DNA from: Actinomycetota bacterium
Lineage (GTDB): Bacteria; Actinomycetota; Actinomycetes; Actinomycetales; Microbacteriaceae
DNA length: 64,000 nucleotides
Direction of reading: 5' to 3'
Assembly: GCA_041191585.1 (NCBI GenBank)
Contig: JBEEOO010000001.1
Coordinates: forward strand, 63,097 to 127,096
Positions 19,719 through 33,957 of this stretch are shown here, piece by piece. Below the pieces are notes generated by a model. It saw only the letters and a list, made by a program, of their open reading frames with translations. It was not told the DNA's origin and did not search any database. The translations under genes and the position numbers were made by a program. Position 1 is the first letter of the stretch; the number at the start of each line of letters is the position of its first letter.

Positions 19719-20868
19719 TTCTCGCCTTGAACCAAGCTGTGTCGGTGAATTTTGCTAGCAGCGGCCCGGCAATAATTGTCATCAGCATGTAGGTTGCGGC
19801 CAATGGAACAAATGAAGCATCGAGCCCAGCGCTGATTGCAAGACTTGCAATGATTATTGAAAATTCCCCCCTGGGCGTTAGGGCTAGACCAGTTCTCCAA
19901 CGACCGGGCATGGCTATGCCGGCATTCTTCGCGGCAAGGTAGCCCGTAAAGAATTTCGTGCCCATGGTGACCACCGCCAAAGCCAATGCAGGAAAGAATA
20001 CGTTTGGTATGTCTGCGGGATTAGTTTGAATACCAAAGTAAACGAAGAAGATCGCTGCGAAAAAATCCCTCAAAGGGGTCAAGCTTTTAGCGGCTTGAGC
20101 CGCCACTTTTCCTGACAGACCAATTCCAACCAAGAACGCACCGACGGCTGAAGATACATTCACCTCCGTGGCAATGCCTGCAACCAATATTGCTAAACCA
20201 GCCACTCCAACGATCAGCGACTCTAGGTTTGATACGGAAAAAATTCTGGCAATTTTGGTTCCAAAGAAATAGGTAATTACCAAAACGCTAACCACAAGGG
20301 CGATTGCAATCGCCACTGCATAGGCGCCTTCGATCAGGGATGCGCCAACGGCTATCGCAGACAATACCGGCAAATAGAAGGCCATGGCTAAGTCTTCTAG
20401 CACTAGGACGCTAATAATCGTTGGGGTTTCTCGGTTAGACATGCGACCAAGATCCGAGAGCATCTTCACAATGACTCCAGACGACGAGACCCAGGTGACT
20501 CCGGCAAGTATCAGTGACCCAACAAGTCCCCAACCCATTAGCCAACCCGCGATGGCGCCGGGTATTGCGTTGAATACTGCATCCATCAAACCGATTTTGC
20601 GGTTTGATGCAAGGCTCGACATGAGCTCTTTTGGTGAGTATTCAAGCCCCATCAAGAGCAGCAAAAAGATGACCCCTAGCTCTGAACCGAGCTTAAAAAA
20701 TTCCCAGCTTTCAGCAAGAGGAATGAGACTGCCGCTCCCGAGAAGTAAGCCAAAGGTCATGTAGAACGAGATAGCCGACTGGCGAATTCGCACGGCAAAA
20801 CGGCTCAACAAACTAAGCGCAAGAAGAACTGCGCCTATTTCAACAAAAGTTAGAGCCTCGTGCGACAT
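19702..20868 (-). CDS. CPA2 cation:proton antiporter (KhtU-like)
   Basis: Multi-TM protein with SSSGVIVK, LVLEDL and PRGEFSII. Confidence 0.9.
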   Translation of the reverse strand: MSHEALTFVEIGAVLLALSLLSRFAVRIRQSAISFYMTFGLLLGSGSLIPLAESWEFFKLGSELGVIFLLLLMGLEYSPKELMSSLASNRKIGLMDAVFNAIPGAIAGWLMGWGLVGSLILAGVTWVSSSGVIVKMLSDLGRMSNRETPTIISVLVLEDLAMAFYLPVLSAIAVGASLIEGAYAVAIAIALVVSVLVITYFFGTKIARIFSVSNLESLIVGVAGLAILVAGIATEVNVSSAVGAFLVGIGLSGKVAAQAAKSLTPLRDFFAAIFFVYFGIQTNPADIPNVFFPALALAVVTMGTKFFTGYLAAKNAGIAMPGRWRTGLALTPRGEFSIIIASLAISAGLDASFVPLAATYMLMTIIAGPLLAKFTDTAWFKARIIARS

Positions 20869-20874
20869 TCTTTG

Positions 20875-21369
20875 CTATCCGCGCGGGTCAGACAGAATTG
20901 CAACCAGGGCGTCAAGCCCCTTGCGGGTTCCTACTGCCACCAGAATGTCATCCGCTAGCAGAACTTCCTCTGGAGTGGGCGAAGGCAATATTTCAGAACC
21001 ACGTGCAATTGCGACAATCGAGACACCGGTTTTAGTTCTGGCTTTAGTGCTACCTAGCTCATGGTCAATATATTTCGAATCAGCAGGCAGCGACAGTTGC
21101 TCTGTAAAGAGCCCCGAGACTCCCCCGCCTATTTCACTCAAATAATCCAAAGTCTTTGCGGGGCTAAGAAGTTCAGCTAAGACGCCGGCTTCGGCCGCAG
21201 TAACCGCGATTGTTGCTGCGATCGCGTCAGGATCCTCTTTGGAAAAAATGGCTACTTCTCGTCCGCCATCTCTATAGGTGAGTACGCCAATTCTGGCGCC
21301 GTCCTTAGTGATTACATCGTCACGAAATCCGATGCCTGCAATGTCAGTTCTTTCAACGCGTACGCCCAT
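20875..21369 (-). CDS. Antiporter regulatory subunit with TrkA-C/RCK-C domain (KhtT-like)
   Basis: N-terminal IAGIG...; RTKTGVSIVAIARG...PSPTP; directly upstream of the CPA2 gene. Confidence 0.88.
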   Translation of the reverse strand: MGVRVERTDIAGIGFRDDVITKDGARIGVLTYRDGGREVAIFSKEDPDAIAATIAVTAAEAGVLAELLSPAKTLDYLSEIGGGVSGLFTEQLSLPADSKYIDHELGSTKARTKTGVSIVAIARGSEILPSPTPEEVLLADDILVAVGTRKGLDALVAILSDPRG

Positions 21370-21396
21370 GGACCAAGGATAGCCGGCTATGTGAAG

Positions 21397-21469
21397 CGCC
21401 CCCGGCAGGAATCGAACCTGCGACCAAGAGATTAGAAGGCTCTTGCTCTATCCACTGAGCTACGGAGGC
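21397..21469 (-). tRNA. tRNA-Arg(TCT)
   Basis: Reverse complement GCCTCCGTAGCTCAGTGGATAGAGCAAGAGCCTTCTAATCTCTTGGTCGCAGGTTCGATTCCTGCCGGGGGCG. Confidence 0.95.
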
Positions 21470-21519
21470 ATGGCCAAAAGGCCAGAAGTCAGCTTACCTG
21501 AGGCAAATGCAGTCGGTAA

Positions 21520-21873
21520 CTAGAGAACTTTCTTCACAATGCTTGATTTCAGGTACATCGAACCAAACCCATCAACTTTGGCATCAATATCGTGACCGTC
21601 AACAGGTGAGATAAGGCGAATGTTTTTGACCTTTGTGCCGACTTTTACCGAGGTCGAACTTCCCTTTACTTTTAGATCCTTGACGATTGTCACAGAGTCT
21701 CCGTCTTGAAGAATGTTGCCTGCGGAGTCTTTGACAATGCGCTGCTCTTCGGAGTCATCGGTGTCACTTACCTCTTGCCATTCGTGGGCGCACTCTGGGC
21801 ACACCAGAAGTTCGTTCATCTCGTAGGTGTATTCGCATTGACAAACTGGGCAAGCAGGAAGGTTTTCTGACAT
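21520..21873 (-). CDS. Zn-ribbon protein, YjdM/PhnA family
   Basis: [33 protein letters not shown] at 21873 is preceded by TAGGCT-N7. Confidence 0.92.
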   Translation of the reverse strand: MSENLPACPVCQCEYTYEMNELLVCPECAHEWQEVSDTDDSEEQRIVKDSAGNILQDGDSVTIVKDLKVKGSSTSVKVGTKVKNIRLISPVDGHDIDAKVDGFGSMYLKSSIVKKVL

Positions 21874-21948
21874 GAAGATGAGCCTATCTAATGGAATTTT
21901 GAACGAAGCCACTGGGTTAGTCTGAGATAGCTCAACAAAGGGGTTTTA

Positions 21949-24900
21949 ATGTTCCGTCTGGCCAAGCTCAGTGTCGCCAATCGCTCAGTAGTAGCGCTAA
22001 TCACAATCATCGTTGCCATTTTTGGCTTTGTTTCACTCGGAGCTCTCAAGCAAGAGCTGATTCCTAGCTTCGAGACACCACAGGCTGCGATTGTTACCAC
22101 CTACATCGGGGCCTCGCCTGAGGTGATTGATCAACAGGTTAGCCAGCCGATCGAGACGGCTGTTCGTCAGCTTGACAAACTAACCGCATCAACCTCAACC
22201 TCGCAGAGCAACATTTCAATCGTTCGAGTGACCTTTGACTATGGCACCAAGACTGCCGACGTCAAGGCTGCCCTTGAATCTGCAGTCGCCGGCGTTGATC
22301 TTCCTGCTGAAGCTGACGCCAAAGTGCTCTCGGGAAGCTTTGATTCCGTTCCGATTATCGCCCTTGGTATTTCAGCGAACTCTGGCGATAACGCGGCACT
22401 GAGCAAAATTATCGAAGGTGTGGCTCAAACCGAACTTTCTGAAATCAATGGCGTGCGCGATGTCACTGTTAGCGGCATCAAAGAAAAGCGCGTCAACCTA
22501 ACCCTGAAGAACGATGTGCTGGCCGCTGCGGGGCTTTCACAGCAGTCAATCTCCCAAGCGCTTACTAACAACGGCTTTGTTATTCCAGCAGGCTCAATCA
22601 CCGACTCTGAAGGCGCCATTTCTATTCAGGTAGGTAAGTCAGTTGAGTCAATCGAAGACTTTAAGTCCCTGCCGCTGATTTCATCAACCACTTCTTTCGC
22701 TCCACCTGCAGCTCAGGGCCGTCCATCGCTACCTGCCAAGGTTCTGACCGTGGCCGATGTGGCCGACGTAGCCTATGAAGATGCTCCGACCAGCAGCATC
22801 GCTCGAGTCAATGGCAAAGAATCGCTAGCAATCTCGATTACTAAAACTCAAGACGGCAATACTGTTGCGGTCTCGCATGCTGTTCAAGAAAAGCTAGACA
22901 CCCTAAAAGAGAAGCTTGGCGCAGTCAGCATCGTGACCGTGTTTGACCAAGCTCCATACGTTGAAAAATCGCTAGAGAACCTCTCTACCGAAGGTCTATT
23001 GGGGCTCGGATTCGCGATCCTGATTATTTTGATTTTCTTGTGGTCGGTCAGATCGACTCTGGTGACCGCCATTTCGATTCCAACTTCGGTTCTGATCACC
23101 TTTATCGGTCTTGCCGGGTTCGAATATTCACTCAACCTATTCACACTCAGCGCACTGACGATTGCGATTGGTCGAGTTGTCGATGACTCGATTGTGGTCA
23201 TCGAAAACATCAACCGCCACCTTTCTTATGGTGAACCAAAATCGCGCGCAATTCTGAACGCGGTGCGCGAGGTTTCAGGCGCAATCACCTCAGCAACTAT
23301 CACAACCGTTGCTGTGTTCTTGCCAATTGCCCTGGTTGGCGGTCTGATTGGTGAACTATTCAGACCGTTCGCGCTTACTTTTGCGGTTGCACTGGTGGCT
23401 TCTCTGGTTGTTGCCCTGACTATCGTTCCGGTGCTCGCTTATTGGTTCTTGAAGGCACCGGCAACACCGGCCAACTTGACCAGTTTTGAAGCCGATCGCC
23501 TTGCCGCACAGGTTCGCGAAGCCGAAGAGGCTCGCGAGCGCAAGAGCTGGTTGCAGCGGGGCTATCTTCCGATTCTTTCGGGCACTCAAAAGCACCCATG
23601 GATTACCGTGACGGCTTCATTCTTGATTTTGCTGTTCACTTTCAGCTTGGTTCCGCTGCTGAAGACAGACTTCATCGGCTCAAGCGGGTCAAACGGATTC
23701 GTAATCAACCAGACGCTGTCAGCAGGAGCTACCTTTGAGCAAAAGGATGAAGCAGCGGCAAAGGTTGAGTCAATTCTTTTGGACCGCGAAGAAGTTGACG
23801 TTGTTCAAACCAGCATCGGCTCCTCGGGAGATGGACGCGTGGCCTTTGGCGCCGCGGCCGGAGGCATCTCTATCCAGGTGACTACCAAAGAAGGCATTGA
23901 CCAGGTGGCGCTTCAAGACGAACTAACTAAGAAATTTGAGGCTGACTCAAGCCTTGGCGAAGTGAAGTTTGCCTCGGGTGGTGGGCCAGGTTTTGGCTCT
24001 TCATCAACTGTAGACATCAAGATCACCGCGCTTGATGACGAGGCTTTGAACCAGGCAATCAGCCGGGTTCAGACCGCAATGAACGGTATCGACGGCGTCT
24101 CTGAAATCACCAACTCACTTGCTGAAAAAGAGCGCACTCTTCGAATCGAAGTTAACCGCGAAAAGGCAGCCGCCCTTGGCCTTGCTGAGAACGCTGTCTC
24201 TGGAATCGTGGCATCGATCCTGAGGCCGTCGGCTATCGGCAAGCTAAACATCGAAAACGAATCGACCCAGGTCTATGTGGTTCAAAATGACACTCCTGCG
24301 ACCATCGATGAAATCAAGGCAGTCAAGGTCGGCGGATTCGCGCTGGAGCAAATTGCAACCATTACGCAGGCAGAAGTGCCGGTTTCGATCACCAGTGAAA
24401 AGGGCGACCGCACCGCAAAGGTTTCACTGACCCCTGACACAGACAATCTGGGCGCCTTGACTGCAGACGTGACCAAGCGTCTAGCCGATGTCGAATTGCC
24501 AGTTGGCGCCACCGCATCGCTGGGTGGTATTTCAGCAGATCAGGCTGACTCATTCGGTCAGCTCGGAATCGCACTTCTAGCCGCTGTGGCAATTGTGTTC
24601 GTGGTTATGGTTGCTACCTTCTCGAGCATTATCCAGCCGCTGATTCTGCTTATCTCTATCCCATTTGCTGCGACTGGCGCCCTGGGAATGCTATTGATCA
24701 CTGACACCGCTCTGGGCATTCCAGCGCTTATCGGTATGTTGCTGCTGGTCGGAATCGTGGTCACGAACGCGATTGTTCTAATCGATCTAATCAACCAGTA
24801 TCGAAAGGAAGGTCGCGAGCTTCGTGCGGCCATTATGGACGGTGCTCGACAGCGCCTACGCCCTATCCTGATGACAGCGCTGGCAACCATCTTCGCGCTA

Positions 24901-25179
24901 ACTCCAATGGCACTGGGCCTAACCGGTGGTGGTGGATTCATTTCACAGCCTCTTGCAGTTGTGGTTATCGGCGGATTGTTCTCATCGACGGCCTTGACCC
25001 TTGTTATCGTGCCGGTTCTCTATTGGTTGGTTGAGAGTCGTAAAGACCGCAAAGTAGCTCGAAAGGCTCGCCGATTGAGCAGGAAGGCGGCGCGTCAGAA
25101 TGTAGGTAAGGCAGACCAAAACGCCAACGACATCGTTGTGCTTAGTGCTGGCACCGATTCTGCAAGCACAGCAGATTAG
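21949..25179 (+). CDS. AcrB/SwrC-like RND efflux transporter
   Basis: 1076 aa; GRVVDDSIVVIENI, GIVVTNAIVL, RLRPILMT. Confidence 0.94.
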   Translation: MFRLAKLSVANRSVVALITIIVAIFGFVSLGALKQELIPSFETPQAAIVTTYIGASPEVIDQQVSQPIETAVRQLDKLTASTSTSQSNISIVRVTFDYGTKTADVKAALESAVAGVDLPAEADAKVLSGSFDSVPIIALGISANSGDNAALSKIIEGVAQTELSEINGVRDVTVSGIKEKRVNLTLKNDVLAAAGLSQQSISQALTNNGFVIPAGSITDSEGAISIQVGKSVESIEDFKSLPLISSTTSFAPPAAQGRPSLPAKVLTVADVADVAYEDAPTSSIARVNGKESLAISITKTQDGNTVAVSHAVQEKLDTLKEKLGAVSIVTVFDQAPYVEKSLENLSTEGLLGLGFAILIILIFLWSVRSTLVTAISIPTSVLITFIGLAGFEYSLNLFTLSALTIAIGRVVDDSIVVIENINRHLSYGEPKSRAILNAVREVSGAITSATITTVAVFLPIALVGGLIGELFRPFALTFAVALVASLVVALTIVPVLAYWFLKAPATPANLTSFEADRLAAQVREAEEARERKSWLQRGYLPILSGTQKHPWITVTASFLILLFTFSLVPLLKTDFIGSSGSNGFVINQTLSAGATFEQKDEAAAKVESILLDREEVDVVQTSIGSSGDGRVAFGAAAGGISIQVTTKEGIDQVALQDELTKKFEADSSLGEVKFASGGGPGFGSSSTVDIKITALDDEALNQAISRVQTAMNGIDGVSEITNSLAEKERTLRIEVNREKAAALGLAENAVSGIVASILRPSAIGKLNIENESTQVYVVQNDTPATIDEIKAVKVGGFALEQIATITQAEVPVSITSEKGDRTAKVSLTPDTDNLGALTADVTKRLADVELPVGATASLGGISADQADSFGQLGIALLAAVAIVFVVMVATFSSIIQPLILLISIPFAATGALGMLLITDTALGIPALIGMLLLVGIVVTNAIVLIDLINQYRKEGRELRAAIMDGARQRLRPILMTALATIFALTPMALGLTGGGGFISQPLAVVVIGGLFSSTALTLVIVPVLYWLVESRKDRKVARKARRLSRKAARQNVGKADQNANDIVVLSAGTDSASTAD

Positions 25180-25193
25180 TTCAAAGTAAAATT

Positions 25194-25232
25194 GGGGACT
25201 TCGGGCATTTGTCCGAGGTCCCCTTTACTTTT
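25194..25232 (+). terminator. Intrinsic terminator of the RND gene
   Basis: GGGGACTTCGGGCA...TGTCCGAGGTCCCC followed by TTTACTTTT. Confidence 0.8.
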
Positions 25233-25237
25233 GGGTT

Positions 25238-25852
25238 GTGATTGAAATTTCAGAAAATCTAGTTTGGATCGACTGCGAGATGACTGGGCTGAACCCAGAA
25301 TCTGACTGCCTTGTCGAAGTTGCGGTCGTCATCACCAACTCTGAACTAGAAATTCTGGATGAAGGACTTGATGTAGTCATCAAGCCTGAGCCAACCGCAT
25401 GGGCAAACATGAACGACTTTGTTCGCCAAATGCACACCGATTCAGGGCTAATCAACGAGGTTGAAGACGGGCTTGAGCTTGCCGATGCCGAACAACTAAT
25501 CCTTGATTACATCAAGAAGTTCGTTCCAGAAGCCAAGTCTGCCCCCCTTGGCGGCAACAGCATCGGCACTGACCGCATGTTCCTCAATAAATACATGCCG
25601 AATCTTGATCAACACTTGCACTATCGAAACATCGACGTGTCATCGATCAAAGAGCTAAGCCGCCGCTGGTACCCACGCGTCTATTTCCAGCTTCCTAAGA
25701 AAGATGGTGGCCACCGTGCGTTGGCTGACATCAAAGAGTCAATTGTTGAGCTTCGCTACTACCGCGAAACGCTTTTTGTGGCGCAGCCGGGCCCAACAAC
25801 CGAAGATGCCAAGAAAATCGCCACTGTTGTCGGTTCCGCTGACAACCTATAG
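25238..25852 (+). CDS. orn: Oligoribonuclease
   Basis: LVWIDCEMTGL, HYRNIDVSS, HRALADI. Confidence 0.96.
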   Translation: MIEISENLVWIDCEMTGLNPESDCLVEVAVVITNSELEILDEGLDVVIKPEPTAWANMNDFVRQMHTDSGLINEVEDGLELADAEQLILDYIKKFVPEAKSAPLGGNSIGTDRMFLNKYMPNLDQHLHYRNIDVSSIKELSRRWYPRVYFQLPKKDGGHRALADIKESIVELRYYRETLFVAQPGPTTEDAKKIATVVGSADNL

Positions 25853-25891
25853 CTGGTAGGATTTTCAGGTTGCCTGGTTCACCGGGCACAT

Positions 25892-25965
25892 GGTGGGTAT
25901 AGCTCAGCTGGTAGAGCACCTGGTTGTGGTCCAGGGGGCCGCGGGTTCAAGTCCCGTTACTCACC
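25892..25965 (+). tRNA. tRNA-His(GTG), including G-1
   Basis: GGTGGGTATAGCTCAGCTGGTAGAGCA-CCTGG-TT-GTG-GT-CCAGG...GGTTCAAGTCCCGTTACTCACC. Confidence 0.96.
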
Positions 25966-25968
25966 CGA

Positions 25969-26004
25969 AAATAAAAAAGCCCGGTTTCCCGGGCTTTTTT
26001 ATTT
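25969..26004. terminator. Bidirectional intrinsic terminator
   Basis: AAATAAAAAAGCCCGG-TTTC-CCGGGCTTTTTTATTT. Confidence 0.9.
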
Positions 26005-26013
26005 AACAAGGTT

Positions 26014-27516
26014 TTACTTATTTGCCATTTCGATCAGCAATTCGCGCACTCGGGCTGCGTCAGCAGATCCCTTCATTGCCTTCATAACTGCACCAATAAC
26101 GGCTCCGGCCGCCTGCATGCGGCCTTCGCGAATCGCATTAAGAACATCAGCTTGGCCAACCAATGCCGCCTCGATAGCCGCCACCAGAGCGCCATCGTCT
26201 GAGACAACTTCAAGGCCACGTGCGGCCACAATCTCTGATGGAGAGCCTTCGCCAGCAAGCACAAAGGTTAGAACCTCACGTGCTAGGCGGTCGTTTAGCT
26301 TGCCACCCTCAACTAGTGCTGCCAACTCTGCAACGTGCGCAGGGCTGATTTCTAGGTCTGAGACATCCTTGTCGGCTGCGTTAGCAACACGGGCAATCTC
26401 ACCGGTCCACCATTTGCGAGCCGACTGTGGCTTTGCGCCAGCAGCAACGGTTTCTTCGATCTGGTCTAGCAGACCTGAGTTGACTACATCGCGGAACTCC
26501 AGCTCGGCAAAACCCCACTCGCCCTGCAGGCGCTTGCGACGCTCGGCTGGGTTCTCAGGAAGCTTGGCTCTTAGTGACTCGATTAGCTCGGCTGAAGGCT
26601 GAACTGGAACCAAGTCAGGCTCTGGGAAGTAACGGTAGTCATCGGCATCTGACTTTGGTCGACCCGAGCTAGTTGCACCCTTGTCTTCGTGCCAGTGTCG
26701 AGTCTCTTGAGTGATTGAGCCACCCTTAGCCAAAATCGCAGCCTGACGCTGAATTTCATAGCGAACCGCACGCTCAATAGAGCGAAGCGAGTTCACGTTC
26801 TTAGTCTCGGTGCGAGTGCCCAGCTTCTCTTGCCCATGTGGTCGCAGTGAAACGTTGGCGTCACAACGAACGTTTCCGCGCTCCATGCGGGCATCTGACA
26901 CATTCATGGCCTTCACCATTTCACGAATCAATCGCACGTATGCTGCTGCAAGTTCTGGAGCCTCTGCCCCAGCGCCGAAGACTGGCTTTGTGACAATTTC
27001 AACCAGAGGAACACCGGCACGGTTGTAGTCAACTAGTGAATACTCGGCACCCTGAATTCGACCGGTAGCGCCACCAACGTGGGTCAGCTTGCCAGCATCT
27101 TCTTCCATGTGGGCACGTTCGATAGCGACGGTAAACACATTGCCTGAAGGCACCTCAACATCAATCGAACCTTCGAATGCGATTGGCTCGTCATACTGTG
27201 AGGTTTGAAAGTTCTTGGCAAGGTCTGGATAGAAGTAGTTCTTGCGAGCAAAACGACCGGTTGGGGCAATTTGGCATCCAAGAGCTAGACCGATCGAGAT
27301 GCTTGACTCGACAGCCTTGCGGTTGACGGCAGGCAGCGAGCCAGGCAAACCAAGACAGATTGGGCAAACGAAGGTGTTTGGCTCGCCGCCAAACTCGTTG
27401 CGACAACCACAGAACATCTTGGTGTTGGTGTTTAGCTCAACGTGAACCTCAAGGCCGATAACAACCTCAAACTGTTCAAGAGCTTTTTCATAGTTCATTA
27501 GTTCGTCTTTAGCCAT
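26014..27516 (-). CDS. gatB: Asp/Glu-tRNA amidotransferase subunit B
   Basis: [35 protein letters not shown]. Confidence 0.97.
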   Translation of the reverse strand: MAKDELMNYEKALEQFEVVIGLEVHVELNTNTKMFCGCRNEFGGEPNTFVCPICLGLPGSLPAVNRKAVESSISIGLALGCQIAPTGRFARKNYFYPDLAKNFQTSQYDEPIAFEGSIDVEVPSGNVFTVAIERAHMEEDAGKLTHVGGATGRIQGAEYSLVDYNRAGVPLVEIVTKPVFGAGAEAPELAAAYVRLIREMVKAMNVSDARMERGNVRCDANVSLRPHGQEKLGTRTETKNVNSLRSIERAVRYEIQRQAAILAKGGSITQETRHWHEDKGATSSGRPKSDADDYRYFPEPDLVPVQPSAELIESLRAKLPENPAERRKRLQGEWGFAELEFRDVVNSGLLDQIEETVAAGAKPQSARKWWTGEIARVANAADKDVSDLEISPAHVAELAALVEGGKLNDRLAREVLTFVLAGEGSPSEIVAARGLEVVSDDGALVAAIEAALVGQADVLNAIREGRMQAAGAVIGAVMKAMKGSADAARVRELLIEMANK

Positions 27517-29021
27517 TAGCCGCGAACCTCCAACTCTGGTGCAAAATCAATCATTCGCTTGCCCCATACCTGCTCATGCATCGCCTCTAGCGCTGCGCCA
27601 ACCTGATAAAGACGTGCGTCTTGGCGAGCTGGTGCAAGAAGTTGGATACCGACTGGCAGGCCATCCTCTTCAGCTAGACCGTTAGGAAGCGACATACCGG
27701 GAATGCCGGCTAGGTTGGCCGGAATGGTTGCGATGTCGTTTAGATACATAGCCAGCGGGTCTTCGACCTTCTCGCCTAGCTTGAACGCGGTGGTCGGTGC
27801 GGTTGGTGAAACCAGCACGTCTGCCTTGGTGAAAGCGGCCTCTAGGTCGCGCTGAATCAGGGTGCGAACTTTTTGAGCTGCGCCATAGTAAGCGTCGTAG
27901 TAGCCGCTTGACAGGGCGTAGGTGCCGAGAATGATTCGACGCTTCACTTCTGGACCAAAACCAGCCTCACGGGTTGCGGCCATAACGCGCTCGATGGTTG
28001 GGTTGCCTTCAGGAGCAACTCGCATGCCAAATCGAACCGAGTCAAACTTTGCAAGGTTCGAAGAAGCCTCAGCCGGAAGAATCAGGTAGTAAGCCGCGAT
28101 TGCATACTCGAAACTTGGGCAATCAACCTCAACGATTTCTGCACCAGCGCCAGCCAAAAGATTCAAGCTCTCTTGGAATCGAGCAGACACACCTGGCTGG
28201 AAACCAGCGCCAGTCAGCTGCTTGATAACACCGATGCGCATGCCCTTGACGTCTTGCTTGCGCGCAGCCTCGGCCATTGATCCGAGTGACTCTGGCAAAG
28301 AGGTGCTGTCATGCGGATCGTGACCGGCAATTAGGTCTTGCAGCAGTGCTGAGTCAAGAACGTTGCGCGAAACCGGACCAATCTGATCTAGCGAGCTGGC
28401 TAGGGCAATAAGGCCGTAGCGAGAAACCGCACCATAGGTTGGCTTGGTGCCAACGGTGCCGGTGACTGCCGCCGGGAATCGGATTGAACCACCGGTGTCA
28501 GAACCGATAGCAAGAGGTGCCTGGAACGAAGCAACTACTGAACTCGAGCCACCGCCAGAGCCACCAGGAATGCGGTCAAGCGCCCATGGGTTGTGGCTTG
28601 GTCCGTAGGCCGAGAACTCGGTTGATGAACCCATTGCAAACTCGTCAAGGTTGGTCTTGCCCAGAATAGGCATGCCGGCGTTGCGAAGTTTGGTGACCAC
28701 AGTTGCGTCATACTGCGGGATCCAGCCTTCAAGGATTTTTGAACCCGAAGTGGTCGGTGCGTCAGTGGTGGTCAAGTTGTCTTTGACCGCAATTGGCAGA
28801 CCGGCAAGTTCGTGAAGTTTTTCGCCAGCCGCACGACGACGGTCGATGTCGGCTGCGGTTGCCAAAGCTGACTCAGGTGAAGTGTGAAGGTAGCTGTGCA
28901 CCTCAGCATCGACTGCTTTGGTGCGGTCAATGTGCGCCTGAGTTAGCTCAACAGATGAAACTTGGCCTGACTTGAGCAGGTCTACAAGTTCGCTGGCATT
29001 TTTGCGTATTAGATCACTCAC
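27516..29021 (-). CDS. gatA: Asp/Glu-tRNA amidotransferase subunit A
   Basis: Amidase signature [32 protein letters not shown]. Confidence 0.97.
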   Translation of the reverse strand: MSDLIRKNASELVDLLKSGQVSSVELTQAHIDRTKAVDAEVHSYLHTSPESALATAADIDRRRAAGEKLHELAGLPIAVKDNLTTTDAPTTSGSKILEGWIPQYDATVVTKLRNAGMPILGKTNLDEFAMGSSTEFSAYGPSHNPWALDRIPGGSGGGSSSVVASFQAPLAIGSDTGGSIRFPAAVTGTVGTKPTYGAVSRYGLIALASSLDQIGPVSRNVLDSALLQDLIAGHDPHDSTSLPESLGSMAEAARKQDVKGMRIGVIKQLTGAGFQPGVSARFQESLNLLAGAGAEIVEVDCPSFEYAIAAYYLILPAEASSNLAKFDSVRFGMRVAPEGNPTIERVMAATREAGFGPEVKRRIILGTYALSSGYYDAYYGAAQKVRTLIQRDLEAAFTKADVLVSPTAPTTAFKLGEKVEDPLAMYLNDIATIPANLAGIPGMSLPNGLAEEDGLPVGIQLLAPARQDARLYQVGAALEAMHEQVWGKRMIDFAPELEVRG

Positions 29022-29024
29022 GGT

Positions 29025-29321
29025 TTACTCCTCGTCCAGGATTGCTGCAACGCGGAATCGGCCATCGCCGCTGTCTGGTGCGCTTGACAGCGCTTGCTCT
29101 TGAGTCAAAGACTGCTCAATGACGTCGTCGCGGAACACGTTTGCCATCGGAATCGGGTGGCTGGTCGCCGGGATGTCACCTTCTACGGCCTTTTTTACGG
29201 TGGCTACAGAATCAACAATTAGGTTCAACTGCTCGGCAAAGCGCTCGACCTCTTGGTCGGTGACCAGGATGCGCGACAGTCCAGCCAAATGGCGAACTAG
29301 GTCAGGGGTAATTTCAGACAT
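29025..29321 (-). CDS. gatC: Asp/Glu-tRNA amidotransferase subunit C
   Basis: VRHLAGLSRI, NVFRDD; first gene of gatCAB. Confidence 0.94.
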   Translation of the reverse strand: MSEITPDLVRHLAGLSRILVTDQEVERFAEQLNLIVDSVATVKKAVEGDIPATSHPIPMANVFRDDVIEQSLTQEQALSSAPDSGDGRFRVAAILDEE

Positions 29322-29390
29322 GAATCTCTCTCGAAACCGGAGGGTATTTAGGTCAAGTTTAGTCGGCGATGGCCGGTTTTTTAGGCTCGT

Positions 29391-32623
<3,233 letters not shown>

Positions 32624-32657
32624 GCACCGACCACTTTCAAATGTGTACTAGGCAATT

Positions 32658-33827
32658 TTAGGTTGGCAAACCGGCTTTCAGGGCTGCTTCGTGAGCCTTT
32701 GGCAGGGCGGTTAGGAATGCGTCGACATCAGCATCAGTGGTTTGATAACCAAAAGTGACACGAATCGGCCCACAAGCCTCGTCATTGCTGCGACCGATGG
32801 CTAGCAAAACGTGCGAGGCGCCGCTAACTCCGGCTTGGCAAGCCGAGCCGGTTGAGACCTGCACGCCGGCTTGATCTAGCAAGAACAGAAGAGAGTCGCC
32901 GTGGCAACCTGGGAAAGTGAAGTGCGCATTATTTGCCAGCCCAGGTGCATCTCCGCGAGAGAATTTCGCGCTCGGAACTGCTGATTTGACGCCTTCAACC
33001 AAGCGATCTTGCAAACCGGCTAGGCGCTTGGTCTCAAGAACTAAATCACCGACTGACAATCTGGCTGCCACTGCGAATGCTTTAGCGGCAGCTGCGGTTA
33101 GGGTGCCCGAGCGCATGCCGCGCTCTTGACCGCCACCGTGAACCAGTGAAACCAGCTTTGCCGAACGGGCAACCAAAAGCGCACCGACGCCTACAGGTCC
33201 ACCCACTTTGTGGGCTGTGATTGACATTGCCGCTAATCCGGATTTTGCAAAATCAACCGGAGTGTGGCCAAACGCTGCAACCGCATCAGAGTGAACCGGG
33301 ATTTTGTGAGGCTTAGCCAAGTCAACGATTTGCTTGATTGGGTTAATTACGCCGATTTCGTTATTGGCCCACATAACGCTGATCAACGCAACCTGGTCGG
33401 CTCGGGTAGCAAGAATGTCGCTTAGGTGATCGATGTTTATAACGCCACGGTCATCAGTCTCGAGCCAAATCACTTCGGCGCCTTGAAACTTAACCAACCA
33501 TTCAATCGGGTCAAGCACCGCATGATGCTCGGCCAAAGTTGAAATGATGACTTTCTTGGCACGGTCAGTCGACTGCTGCTGCCAAAAGATGCCTTTGATA
33601 GCCAAGTTGTCAGACTCGGTTCCGCCTGAGGTGAAAATCACTTCATTCCGATTTGCGTTGACCGCAAAAGCGATCTCTTCGCGTGCCTCTTCAACGGCTC
33701 TTCTTGCTTGCTGCCCGGCACTGTGAATGGCCGAGGGGTTCCCCACCAGTTGAAGATATTCGGTATACGTCGCAAGTGCCTCTGGTCGTAGCGGCGTCGT
33801 TGCCGCATTATCTAGATAGGCGCTCAT
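32658..33827 (-). CDS. iscS: Cysteine desulfurase (IscS/NifS class V)
   Basis: YLDNAATT, HKVGGP, STGSAC. ATG at 33827 is preceded by TATTCT-N6. Confidence 0.92.
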   Translation of the reverse strand: MSAYLDNAATTPLRPEALATYTEYLQLVGNPSAIHSAGQQARRAVEEAREEIAFAVNANRNEVIFTSGGTESDNLAIKGIFWQQQSTDRAKKVIISTLAEHHAVLDPIEWLVKFQGAEVIWLETDDRGVINIDHLSDILATRADQVALISVMWANNEIGVINPIKQIVDLAKPHKIPVHSDAVAAFGHTPVDFAKSGLAAMSITAHKVGGPVGVGALLVARSAKLVSLVHGGGQERGMRSGTLTAAAAKAFAVAARLSVGDLVLETKRLAGLQDRLVEGVKSAVPSAKFSRGDAPGLANNAHFTFPGCHGDSLLFLLDQAGVQVSTGSACQAGVSGASHVLLAIGRSNDEACGPIRVTFGYQTTDADVDAFLTALPKAHEAALKAGLPT

Positions 33828-33957
33828 GCTTAAAGAATAAATCAGGATGTAAGCGCTACCAGCTTTGGAACGTAACGCTAGGTAGTATTCAAGAGTTGTT
33901 TTGACGGGCTGTTTCGGCCCATTTTGTGTTTTTATGCAGACCAAACGAGAGGGCCGC

